Positions 36,275 to 48,750 of a stretch of 64,000 nucleotides of DNA are shown piece after piece. The position numbers and the translations under genes are program-made. The notes under the pieces were generated by a model. That model saw only the letters and a program-made list of their open reading frames with translations. It was not told where the DNA came from and did no database searches. This stretch comes from Chrysomallon squamiferum. Taxonomy: Eukaryota > Animalia > Mollusca. Each line of letters opens with the position of its first letter. The first letter of the stretch is position 1. The stretch spans positions 27,032,001-27,096,000 of the forward strand of contig CM022665.1 in assembly GCA_012295275.1 (NCBI GenBank), written 5' to 3'.

Positions 36275-37588
36275 ATGTTGCAAAGTACCAGCAACGTTTT
36301 ATTTGATTCAGAGAATGAATCAGAAACTGACAGTATAGAAGAAATACATATTACAAAACAGTTTGAAGGAAATTTGTTGCAGGGTATTCAGCAAGCAAAA
36401 TCTTTACTGAACTCCCACACAGGAATCAAACGCCAACCTGGATTCTATCATCTTCAAGACTGTAAGCATGCGGTATTCGATAAAAAGAATAAAAGATACA
36501 CCGGTCGTCATTATGATGTCAAAATTAGTAACAGTTTGCAAAGAGCAACACAGAGACTCACGAAATATTTTATAGATAAAGAGATTCAAAAAGAACAAGC
36601 ACGACGAATTTATTTCCAGTCACAATTTCAAAAAGAAGCTGAAACTGTTCTCAGTGCAATGAATAAAGAGTTCAAATCCAGTTTAAATCAGAGCACTGAG
36701 AAGGAATTAAACGAGCTAAAAGCTGTTGAGAGTAAACAGCAGCTGATGAAAGACGCTCTTCATACAGAGATGTTGAGGAAACATAATGCTAAATTAAGGA
36801 ATGAAGATACAGAAATTGAACGCAGACGTCAAATAGAATTATTTAAAATTATGCAAAGTGATTCATTCAGATCGCCAACCATGAAAAATCTCATAGAAGA
36901 CCTTATGGAAACGGGTCAGAAGAAGGCGATCATCCATAAGGATCTGCTTGAGGCGTTTTCAAAGTTGAAACAAGAAGAAGATAATGAAGAGGAAATGTAT
37001 AGAAGAGCAGTTCAGGAAATTAAAGACGAAGCGCTAAGTATGCTTGTTGTTTCACGTAACAGACAAAATAACCGTGATCTTGAAGAACAAGAAAAGCAAA
37101 GACGCATAAGGGAAATTACAAATCCAGAAAGTCTGCAAGAAATGTGGAATATAAGAGTAATTTTTGATGGTGTTATGAGAGAACTAAAGGAAACTTTTTC
37201 TCGATTTCAGGAAAAAGATGAATTTGCAGCCAAACTGATGCGACAAGAAGTTGAGGAAAGGAAGGAAGCCGTGTTATGCGAACTTCGTAGAAATGTTGCC
37301 GTACGATACGTTCAGAAAGTTTGTTCTATTGACAAACTTCGTCGGATGAAGGAAGCCGAGGAAATGGTGGAGCGCAAAAGTGATTCTGAACTCGACCGAA
37401 TAAAAACAGTTATAGTAACAGTTCAGAGACAAATGATATTACAAAAGTTCGGAGGCAAGTGGATCAACTATCAACATGGGCCACAATCAGACAACAGTTG
37501 TTACAAAACAGACCTCGATAAAAAGCTTCACGAAATAAGGACCACAGCAAGACATTATACATGTGTTACCACCGGAGCTGAATATTAG
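36275..37588 (+). CDS. Intronless uncharacterised E/K/R/Q-rich helical (coiled-coil-like) protein, 437 aa
   Basis: 1314-nt uninterrupted ORF (first ATG 36275; the track starts at GTG 36272) in very AT-rich DNA. Composition is protein-like, with an internal degenerate repeat and no transposase or RT motifs. Confidence 0.85.
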   Translation: MLQSTSNVLFDSENESETDSIEEIHITKQFEGNLLQGIQQAKSLLNSHTGIKRQPGFYHLQDCKHAVFDKKNKRYTGRHYDVKISNSLQRATQRLTKYFIDKEIQKEQARRIYFQSQFQKEAETVLSAMNKEFKSSLNQSTEKELNELKAVESKQQLMKDALHTEMLRKHNAKLRNEDTEIERRRQIELFKIMQSDSFRSPTMKNLIEDLMETGQKKAIIHKDLLEAFSKLKQEEDNEEEMYRRAVQEIKDEALSMLVVSRNRQNNRDLEEQEKQRRIREITNPESLQEMWNIRVIFDGVMRELKETFSRFQEKDEFAAKLMRQEVEERKEAVLCELRRNVAVRYVQKVCSIDKLRRMKEAEEMVERKSDSELDRIKTVIVTVQRQMILQKFGGKWINYQHGPQSDNSCYKTDLDKKLHEIRTTARHYTCVTTGAEY

Positions 37589-38512
37589 TAGTCCTTTCAG
37601 CTTTATATAGCTATATCGTTTCTCCACCAGTAAATTCATTGTTTCTCATGCTAATTTTTATTTATTTAGTTGTTTTTTTTTCTGCTAATCTTGCTGACAC
37701 GAGATCGGTAATCATTTCTTCGTTAATGTGAATAATATCGCTGAAACACTAGCACAAAATAGACGATTCATCTTTGCATAGCGAACTACAATTTTATAAC
37801 CGTTTCGTATAAAGCATGACGTCGGTTATATACGAGATTTATTACAGTTTTCGTCATTATTTCAGCGAAAGACGAATAACATTTTGTAGTTTAATAACTC
37901 TATAAACATGGCTATAAATGAATACACTGTTTACTGTAGAATATTTAACACAGTGTAGTTCCTTTTTCTCTTTCTGGATTTTGTGCACAATAACAGCGTA
38001 TAATCGTATTTCAATGCACAGTTTGCAGTAGGTAATTTCAGACCTTCACCACAAACACAATTACAAACACAATAAAGAAAAAATTAAAGAAAAATCACTA
38101 AAAACTAAAATTATCTAGATTTGCATTAGATAATTTAAAAAGTATTTGCTCAGGATTTTAAATATTTTAGAGACAATAATGAGAAATTGTGCAAAATAAA
38201 TGAATAAATAAAAACCTAAATAATGTAGTATTTATGATTATTAAACGAAATACGTACAGAATGTTTTTTAATTATATTTCTTTATTTTAATTTATTATTA
38301 TTAATATTATTATTTATTTTATTTTATTTTATTTTATTTTATGTTATTTTATTATATTTTAATTTATTTTTATTTTTTATTTTTTAAATTTTATTTATTT
38401 ATTTATTTATTTTTGTAAATTAATGTGCAATTGTTCGAAAAATTGTGACTGTGGGAAAAAACAACCCCAAAAACTCCTCAAATATATATATGCATATATA
38501 TGTATATATATA

Positions 38513-38886
38513 CAGGGTGTCCCATACAATTCCATACACAGGAGAAAAAAAAGTTTTTATATGAAGAACCATTTTTATTTATATAATGTGCTCTACATGA
38601 CTGCCATTATGTTGAAAACACATTTCAATGCATGTCCTCCCCTGCTGAAGAACGCGTTCAAGCACAGCTGGAGTTATGCTTGTAATGGCGTTGGTGATAC
38701 GTTGCTTGAGATGATTTATGTTTTGTATCTTTTCCTGATACACCATGGCCTTCAAATACCACCAGAGGTAAATCTCAAAGGGGATAAGGTCTGGGGATCT
38801 GGGAGGCCATTCCGCAGGACCACGCCTACTAATCCACGCACCTGGAAATTGTTGATCTAACCACTGACGTACGTGAACACCAAATG
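38513..38886 (-). mobile_element. Degenerate Tc1/mariner-superfamily transposon, 3' end (transposase C-terminus plus TIR)
   Basis: Minus strand reads FGVHVRQWLDQQFPGAWISRRGPAEWPPRSPDLIPL, then a frameshift, then LWWYLKAMVYQEKIQNINHLKQRITNAITSITPAVLERV...CFQHNGSHVEHII*. This matches the WPPRSPDL.PLDF.LWGYLK motif. The element ends TA|CAGGGTGTCCC at a TA target within a TA-rich repeat. Confidence 0.9.
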
Positions 38887-38915
38887 AAAAAAAGACAATG
38901 TAAAAACCATATGTA

Positions 38916-38938
38916 TTAATAATAATAACAATAATAAC

Positions 38939-38983
<45 letters not shown>
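38916..38983. repeat. (AAT)n microsatellite
   Basis: Seen directly. Similar (TTA)n runs occur at ~10377-10415 and ~44307-44361. Confidence 0.9.
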
Positions 38984-38984
<1 letters not shown>

Positions 38985-39236
38985 GAAAGATAATAATATT
39001 TAAAAATAATAAAAACAGTAAAGAAAACTTAGACGTTTGTATGTGTGTATCCTAGTAAATGTTTACTAGCACGACAAAATAAGAGAGTAAGTGAGAACTG
39101 CTCTTAAGTGTCAATCTGCATTACAGTAACAATTTTAAGTTGCTCTGCTAGATATTTCGTTTGTTTTCGTATTTCTTCGCCTATAATCGCATATTCCCGG
39201 ATGTTTTCAGGCAAAAGACATTCTTTAGATTCGTCA

Positions 39237-39244
39237 TTTGGCGC
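39237..39244 (+). promoter_or_regulatory. E2F-like site TTTGGCGC ~45 bp upstream of the XRCC3 ATG
   Basis: Matches TTTSSCGC and lies in the CpG-retaining XRCC3 5' region. Function is inferred. Confidence 0.35.
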
Positions 39245-39285
39245 ACAATGTGAATTATATGAGTTTACTTAGTTCGTAATGAATA

Positions 39286-42200
39286 ATGTCAATCGAACAG
39301 TTAGATATACATCCAAGAATTCTGAAAAGTCTTAGAAAAGGTTTGTTTTGTGATGCTTACGCAGAACTACAATTGTACACTTGACAGACGACGTGACATG
39401 TCCCAATTTCTTACCTTCTATTTAGACTGAAGCATTTCTAGATTGTGTTTTGTCTTTGTATTGAATTTAAATAAATAAAACTAAAACAACGAAGATATAA
39501 AAATGAAACAACAATACAAAAATTAATTAATGGTAAACCTATTATTATTCAAAATAAATACATAAATAAATAAAATCTATTGGTTTAAAAATATTCATGT
39601 TTTTTCTATTGTTTAAGTTATAGAAAAACTAAATTACTATCACAACAGAACATATTTGAAATAAATGTAACTGTTTCTTAATAGTTAGATGGTCACAAAT
39701 GTATCTTAGATATTGTTTGTATGTCTATTAAGACTTCGTATAATTTTTTATTTATTCTGGTTTGACCACAGTTTATCAGTTATGAAAGGGTCTTTTTAGG
39801 CATTGCATTGTAGATCTGAAATAATATGTAAATATTTATATTGAAACCAGTTAAATGATAGTATTAACTGTTAGCAGATATTAAAGCCACACATACATAT
39901 ACACATTTTCTTTTGTGTGTATGTTTCTTGCTGATACAAGAAAGGAAATCACCATGCCACTGCTATTGATTAACAATATAAGATATTTTGTATATACTTC
40001 CTTATAAGCAAGACCATTACTTTTGATAAAGTTAAGCTGGAATAAATAATCTGATGAGTACACTTAAGATCAATCATGCAATACTAATTAATCTCATTCA
40101 AGCACTGTACCCACTAAACTGCACACCATTTTTATTAATATTGTATCATCCTTTCTTTTTTTTTTCTAAAATTTTAAATTTGCATGAATTTTTGTTTTTG
40201 CTTTTGTCCAAAAGTACATTTTCAATGAAGAGCTCTCATAGTCTGAAATGTCATATTATTTAAGTAAGAGAATATTAGCATTATGTTACTAAATAAAAAG
40301 GAAAATACAGAATTAGTTCTACCTCAATGACTGCCATCTTCAAAACCCATAGAAAATAAAGGAAAAATTAAAAAAGAACTAGTAAATACCTTTTTAATAA
40401 AAAACAAAATTCTGTCCAAGGAGGTTGGCTTTCAACATACAAGTTTTCTCCTTTTCTTCCTTCTTGAGTTGATAAGTTTTAAATTTTGTCTCTGCAGTAA
40501 ATATTAAATGAAATTAATGTAACTAGCCATAAAATCATTGACAGTAATAGTCCAGTTAATGGTTTACACATAAACTAAGAAAGTATAGAAAAGCAATGGC
40601 AGTTTAATGGTTTATTATTGTGCAACGTTACTGTTTTCATATTAACAGGCCAAACAAGAAAAAAAAAAACGTGAGAAATATATCATTGTTTTAGGATTTG
40701 TGGTCTGTCAACAGGGTTTTACACGATACTTTAAATAATAGTATTTTTAATAGAACTGCTTTGTGATGGATAACATGTCTTTATATGGCATAAATATTTA
40801 AGACAAGGAAGAAAAATAAATTAGAACTAATTTATAGATTTACATTATGGATAATCAAAAGAATTTTGTCTTTTAAAACATTAATGTACATTTATATTAA
40901 TATTTAACAGTTGTATTTATCATACTATATGTTCTGTGGTAAAATGAAAATAAATAAATAAATAAATAAAGTATCAAACAAACCAAGACAAAACAAATAC
41001 AAATTTTCAAATTTAAAATAATTTTGGGGATTGTATGAATTAATTATAGGAAATTATCATATTCTCTAGCCTTCTATTCAATCATTAAGGTTGATTTATC
41101 TCTTTGGTTACTAACATTTGTGCAAGTTCATTTTCATTGGTTTATCCTGTTCTGGCTTAGAGCTGTTTCATGACAGATATTTTATCTCAAACAATAGTCT
41201 TCAAAACCTTGTTTCATCAGAGCTATCAAATACAGAATCCAGATTTCTTTGTCACTTGTTTTTCCTGTTTTTCCTCGGAGCTGTTTTATTGAACACTTTT
41301 ATAAATTTCAGTTCATCTTTTGAACTTTGAAAAGATACTGAGTCTGTCATCACCAGATGTAGCTAGGTGTACAGGTCTTTCTCTAGGTGATGTTCAAGTA
41401 TTACGAGATGCTGTGGCAGAAGCTGTCCCAAAGCCATCTGTGGTAACAGGTGAATAGTGTCTTGTTTTTATAAAAATTATTTATATTATCAATTCTTGTC
41501 AGACTCGTGTTTTTTGGAGGTTCCTTGTCTTGTTATTATTCATATATTTATAATAATAATAATAATAACAACAATAATAATTAGTAGTAGTAGTAGTGAT
41601 AGTAGTAGTAGTAGCAGTGTCACTGCTGCTGTTATTATCATTGTTTATATTTTCATTAAATTTATGTAACCCCAAAATAAACTTGAACATACATATATTT
41701 AGAAAACTAAATTCAGTAATTAATAATTTTTATTGTTAATAATCTACAACTTTTTCAAACTGCATGTTATATCATTAGTTTCATATTTTATTCAAAAGAT
41801 ATTAAATTCAATTGTATTTCATACATTTAATATTATGGCTTCCAAAAACAATATATTTATAAAAACAGATCAATGCAGAAACATTGTGTATGAATGAACT
41901 ATCAAATATGCTTTATGAATTTATAGTCATTTTAACTATTGTCATCTGTCTTACTTATATGTAAATCAAAAATAAATATATTGAAAAAAAGATGCATTCT
42001 GGAATACTGAACCAGTTTAATAGTTGACTGAAAAAGGAACTTAAAGACAAATATAATAGGATAGATATTATTGATTTATTGGTGGGTTTTTTTTGACAAG
42101 CTATATGTATTCATTACTAGTTTAATATGAATAATCTCCACAAACATATTTATTCTTAAAGTTATTAGAATGTACTTGCTAATGTCAATGATAATTAACA

Positions 42201-44304
42201 GAAATGTCTATACACATGATGTTAGCATCATATATATTTTGTTTTAGCTTTGAATATCTGGAGTGACAGCTGTTCAGATGAATTTATGATAAGGAAGCTT
42301 TCTTCTGGTTGTTCATTATTTGATAAACATTTAAGAGGTACATTCTTTTTTTTAATTTAATTTTTTTACTAGTATGTAGTTCTATTAATTTGAAAGATAA
42401 ATCAAACTGTTTTAAAGAAGAATGTATGAAATATTTGTATTTGGTTTTAGATTTAACAGATAAAAGAGAAAATCCAAAACTTAAAAATATGATGAAAACC
42501 TATTCCTCATTATCAGAAAGGCAATTAAAAAAATAATAATAATAAAATAAAAAATTATATATACACACACACACACACACACAAACATATACATATATGT
42601 ATATGTATATATGTGTGTGTGTGTGTGTGTTGACTATCCTTTAACATTTTCCAATGGATTATAAGTTGTATATAGGGTTTATTTGTAAGATCAACATTCA
42701 ATAAAACTTAATAAATACAAATTGAATTAAATGTACCTATAGTTCTTTATGTAAACAAACAGTTTTAAAAAGTTGGTTTTTGAACTTTTAAATTTCATTT
42801 TGGATAATGTTTATCTGTTTATGAATTGTTCTTACAGCATTTTTCTTATGCATAAAATTTCAACTTAAAAATTTGTCATACATAAATGATTATCATAATG
42901 TATATAGCTGTTACTGCTGTGTTAATATTTATGTTAATTTTATTGTCAGAATGTCAGAACTATTTATTTCTTACAGCCTGTTTGCACTAACAGACATTTG
43001 TTTCAAAACACTGTATACAATGTTTATTACAATATTATTAAAACTGACCAACCTTTTTGCAACATAAACAAAAAAATCAGTTTTTTCTAAGCTTGAAGAA
43101 TGTATGACAAATAAATAAAATAAATAAATAAATAAACAAATAAATATTGTACAAACTGATCAGTCAAAATCAATTTCATGATCCTAAATTGCTTTCAGTT
43201 TGAAAAGCATCTGCTTCATCAGTTTGTTAAAACATAAAAAAATATGTAAAATAATTTTTTTTAAAAACACAGAAATAAAATGACCCCCCCCAAAAAAAAA
43301 AAAAAATAATAAAAAAATAGATATGTCAGAATATAATTTGGATATGTTTGATCTTGTTTCAAACAAAAAGTTTATAAAGCAATTATATAAAATTGGTCAA
43401 ACATGAATTAGGTTGTATTAAATCTTGTTTTGAACAAAACTTTGATACAATACGTATGTCTTGATGTGTTTGTATTTGTTTTGTTTTATAAATTTTCACA
43501 GTGACTTATATTTTTAATGACAATTTCACTTGTTTTATCAATCAGGTGGTTTTATTTCACGAGGAATAACAGAAATATCTGGTGAGAGTGCAAGTGGCAA
43601 AACCCAGCTCTGTCTTCAGTTGTGTCTGACATGTCAGCTTCCCAAAAATCATGGAGGTCTAGAAGGAGGTACTGCTTATTACTCTTTTGAAACTTATGAT
43701 ATCTTAGTCAGAATATTTGATTCTGCAAATTTTCACATTTTAAGTTTAATATAGCACAAAATTACAGAAAACTTGTTGCAGTGCTTATAATTATGAGTTA
43801 CAGATGATATCTCAGTTGTTACTGTCTGTAAAGTGAGTGGCTTAACTGCTGTTATCATACTTGGTAATATCATTGTGAATGAAACAGTTTAATAAATTGA
43901 CATTCAAATATCTTTTGTATCGCAGGTGAGGGTAAGATTTGCTGACTCATTTTTTTTATGTTATAAGAGTTATTTTGAATATTAATAGCTGATAGATGGT
44001 AATTCATGGTTTATATGCATTTTAGATACTATCAGTCTACTTCTGTATGTGTTTTGTGTGTGTGTGTATGTTTTGAATAAAAAAATTAAAAATTAAAAAA
44101 TGTTAGAGACCATAAATTATTTCTTGGAATTCAGTTTTTATCTTGGAAAATATTTTCAGGTAGGTTGTAAACCTTTATTTGTATATTATATTTTCATTTT
44201 TATTGTGTTTTTAAAAAAAAAAAAAATGAAAGGAGAACGTAATCCAGTCTAGCAAATATCAAGTCAATCACAATAAAATTTTATTTTCAGCAAATTATTT
44301 TCAA

Positions 44305-44362
<58 letters not shown>

Positions 44363-47058
44363 CATTTATATATTTTAAAAATTTAGATACATTTAGGTTA
44401 CCTGTGTGTCATGGATCACCTTAATAAGTTATGACTCACACTAGTAACAAAGTCCAAAATATAGTATTGCATACTGCACCTGTTAAAAGTGTTTCTTATA
44501 ATTTATAATGTAAATGAAAGCAGATATATATAAAAAAAATAGTTTACTTATTAGTCAGTTTAGTTTTATATATAATTATTATTTGTTGTTTCTCGTTTAC
44601 TTTTTTTTTTTTTTATCAGATTTAGTTATTTATTATTATAGAAAAGGTAGCAAACAAACAAAAAAGCAACAACAACAACAAAAAAATAATAATAATAATA
44701 AAAATAAATACAAAAAATAACAAATAATTTATTTTATTAAATTAATAAATAAATAAGAATAAGTAAACAAATTGCAAATCCCTATATAAATTACATAGTT
44801 TTAATTCTGTATTCAAGACCCTTTGTATATCATAACAATAAGTTCACTGTTTTCTTTCACCTACCTGTTAACTGACTAATCAAACAGGTAGGAGAGTATT
44901 GATTGTTTGCCATTCACAGCTTGCTTGAACCACTGCTTATGTCTGCTTATTAGAAATGAGTCATCTCTCAGTTTAGCTGCTAGACTGCAGCTGTGTTTTT
45001 GTGGATGATTTAATATATGATGTACAGGCATTAAGCACTATTTTTATCTCATTCAAAGTTTTTGTTAAATGCTGAACTGCTGTTCTGTACATCTGTGATG
45101 TGTTTCATTATCACTGATTGCAAATACTTTAGTGGAGTAAAGTAATTCAATGTGCAAAGAATGAAATTAATATAAATTGAAATACTCTGAAAAGTGTTGT
45201 CAAGGATTTAGATTTAAAAAAACAACAACAAAAACAGACAAAATTTTAAAATCTGAACAGTGTGGTTAGATCACTCAATCTGTTAACATTTCATATAATT
45301 ATGTCAGAAATTTGTGCTATTTAAGATCATTAGTATTCAAAAGTTATACTGAAATATAAACATTCTTTTTTCTATCTCTTTATATCGGTTTTAGAAAAGA
45401 AAAATATACATTGAAGCTGATAAACATTCACCTAGTAATAAAGAATATTTAAATAATTCAGTATGTATTTTTTAATTGTACATTTATTTACCCAGTGCAG
45501 AATGGCATAAAATTAACAATTTTAAAGAGTTTCTGCATATATATTAAACAAATTAGAACTATATTTAATAAATAAATACAAAAGAGCATTTTCACAGTAT
45601 TCTGAATGTTTATCAATTACCTACAGAGCATCTTCAGCCCTTATTTTATTTAATTTTGTGTAAGAAATTTTTTCTTAAATCTGTATATAGTGAAGAAAAC
45701 AATAATATAAGTTTCATAAATTTGAAATAGGTGCTGTGTATTTGTGTACAGAGGATGTTTTTCCTAACAAGAGACTATACCAACTGATTCAACATTTCTC
45801 CAAGAAGTGGTCAGCAGTATTCAAAGATCCAGTCAACTTTGGAGACAAAATATTTGTAGAACATGTTGCAGATCTGGCTAGTTTTTCTAAAACTTTAATA
45901 TATTTTGTTCTCTTATACCACTGAATATTAATTTTAAAATAAACCAAAATAACACATATATTATTTATAATAATAACCTTTGTAGGTTACTATATGAAAG
46001 ACTTTAGACAGAAATTAGGAATACTTTACTCTGATTGAAAACAGAAGACAAATTTGTATTCAGCACTTACTGAAATAAGTTACTGTTTTAAATGTTAATG
46101 TTATAATTTTAAAGTAAGTTAATATTCTAATTTTGTTTTAATTACATGTAATTAAAGTACGATATTGCTGTCATTTTAATACACATCAGTGTCATCATCA
46201 ATATTATTATTATTATTGTTATTCAGGATGGTTTACTGTTCTGCATTCATAAAAAGTTTCCAGTACTACTGTCAAAGGGACTGGTAAAACTTATTGTCAT
46301 AGATTCTGTGGCAGCTCTTTTCCGTTGTGAATTTGATACTGGTCACATGATACAACGAGCCAGGCACCTTAGTTCATTTGCAGCACAACTGTGCAGACTG
46401 AGTCATCAGCATAACATTCCTATTATCTGTGTTAATCAGGTAAATAATTGATATGTACAAGGTAGAACATGCTGTTGGTTTCCAGAATAACAGATTACCA
46501 ACTAAGCAGAAAAACAACTGCTGCACATAAGCTCAATAAGGGTTATCAACTGCAGAGTTGTTGTACAATTTGTGTTATAATTTTAGTGAAATAGCTCATT
46601 TTGTGTATTAAGGTTGACATGTACTTAGTTCCCTGTTCTTAAAAATTGTGGATATTTCATTTAACACAACAAACACAGAATCCACACAAAAGTACACCTA
46701 GATTCTCAATTTTATTATAATGTTTGAAAAAAAAAAAATATATATATATATACATATTGTATAATAATGAATAAATAAATAAATAATAATAATTTGAACA
46801 AAAATTGTCCATAATTGATTTCTCGGCAGTATGTTAGTTGGTTGTATACTATTAATATTAATTTGAAGTAAAATTATTTTTATAAAATACACTGGTTGTA
46901 CCATATAATTGGAACCATTATTTTCTTTTTAAACTTTTCTTTAAATAATAATAATAATATTAATAATATGACATGTTTTATCTTGTAAGAGTAATAGCAG
47001 TAGTGTGAGTTCAGTTTTGATTTGATTGCAAGCACAAATAATACTTGGCAAACAGTAA

Positions 47059-47091
<33 letters not shown>

Positions 47092-47836
47092 TTAAAAAAA
47101 ATAAAACTACATAAAAAGAGAAGAAAAATTATAATAGAGTTTATAGCCTATTATAAACCAATAATCCATGTCAATGAGTTTATTATTTTAAGTCTAGTTA
47201 GTGGGGGGTCTTAAATGGTCTAGAGTTTTTTAATTGTTAAGAAATCAGCCATTACCCTATCACAATTTATTTATTAATTTTTTTTATTATTATTTTTTTT
47301 TTTTTAAAGAGCATTACAATTGGGGATTATATTACATATATTTATTATTATAAAAAATAAAGAAAAGTTATGCATATTAAATAACATTCAAAATGATGTA
47401 TTTTTTTTTAGATATTAAAAAAATAAATATTTTTTTTTTATTTGCAAAACTAACTTAAAACTCTTGTTCTAATTTCACATTAACATTATTATTATTACAT
47501 AGGATGATTTACTGGCCTTCATTAATAATAAATTTAAAAAAATTATTTATTATAAAAAATAATTTTTTGTATTGTCAGGTTTCAGCCAACATGTCCAATA
47601 ATTCACATTCTGGAAAGTTCAGAAGAAACATCCCTGCCCTTGGATTAACATGGTCCAATCAAGTGACCTCACGGTTTATGTTGTCACGTACAAATCAACA
47701 GACTGTCATCATCAATCATTTGGGCAGTGATGAAAAGTGTGTTGTACGACAGTGTGAAATAATATTTGCTCCACATCTGCCTCCTCTGACTTTTCCATTT
47801 ATCGTTAGTGAAGAAGGAATTAGAGCAATAGTGTAA
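39286..47836 (+). CDS. XRCC3: DNA repair protein XRCC3 (RAD51 paralogue), 7 coding exons, 340 aa
   Basis: Exons 39286-39340 (MSIEQLDIHPRILKSLRK), 41312-41449, 42248-42337, 43546-43668 (Walker A GESASGKT, QLPKNHGGLEG), 45731-45876 (AVYLCTEDVFPNKRL; GC donor), 46227-46439 (Walker B LIVIDSVAALFRCEF) and 47579-47836 (PALGLTWSNQV, FAPHLP). Total 1023 nt in frame. Confidence 0.95.
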
Positions 47837-48700
47837 TTTGTGTGTCATTATAATTTTATTTATTTTAACTGTTTTATCATTTATCCTCTATATTAAATAT
47901 ACTGAGATGCAAAAACACTTTTTTTTTAATTCATAATTTTATTAGTTAATATAGCTTTATTCATTCATTATTGACTTCACCCAGATAATTGGTTTTTATT
48001 TGTTTATTTATCAGTTCTTCCAGTCATTTGAAAGGTATTGAAAAATGTTTTTATATATTCATATATAATTGTATTGATTAATTCTCCTGTAAGATAATTG
48101 GTTTCTCATTTGTTCTTTCTGTTTGATAATTTGTCAGACTTTGCATCTATATGTAATATACTGTAAAAATTGCTCTCATATATATATATATGCAAAAATG
48201 TCTTTGATAGTTCATGTTGATTTTTTCATTTACAAGTGCAAATTGTTTATTCTTTTTACCACAATTATTCATTAAAGTACTGAACACTGAATTTCCGAAT
48301 TAAAAAAACTTTAATTTTAATTAATATGTGAATTTAAAATTGACTTAAGTTACTTGGAAAAAATATATTTATATGAAATTCAAAGACAGTATTTAGATAT
48401 TTGTACATAGATTAATAAAATTTCATATGTATCATTTTGTTAAACTTTCAAAATATATATATGTATGTCATGTATTTCAGTTCAGTGTAAAATGAAATCA
48501 CATGCTTGAATGCCACCTATTGAAAAATGCTACAAACTTTTGTACCATCCCAATAGACCCACATGCACACTCCCCACACACACATATACTTTTTTTCAGT
48601 ATTTATTTCAACATTACTATTTGATCTCATTCATAAATACAAACTGGGCAGGAATTTACTCAGAAATTTACGAGGGAGGTGGGGTGTAATCAATGCTGTT

Positions 48701-48750
48701 AGGGGAATCCGGGGGCATACCTCCTCCCCAAAATTGTTTAAGATGTAGAA
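48701..48750. mobile_element. Short MITE-like remnant
   Basis: aggggaatccgggggcatacctcctccccaaaattg resembles the GGGGTCCGGGGGCATGCTCCCCC...AAAATTTT internal motif common in marine-invertebrate MITEs (recognised from memory). No termini found. Confidence 0.3.

Noticed and set aside
41118-41330. ORF overlapping the XRCC3 exon 2 acceptor; the minus strand weakly resembles a LINE ORF1 start
   Set aside because: The plus ORF is intronic and out of frame with XRCC3. The minus-strand resemblance is interrupted by stops and too weak to call.
44860-44990. Perfect 10-bp inverted repeat cctacctgtt/aacaggtagg followed by AGAGTA (H-box-like) in an XRCC3 intron
   Set aside because: No pseudouridylation pocket and no correctly placed ACA box, so an H/ACA snoRNA is not supported.
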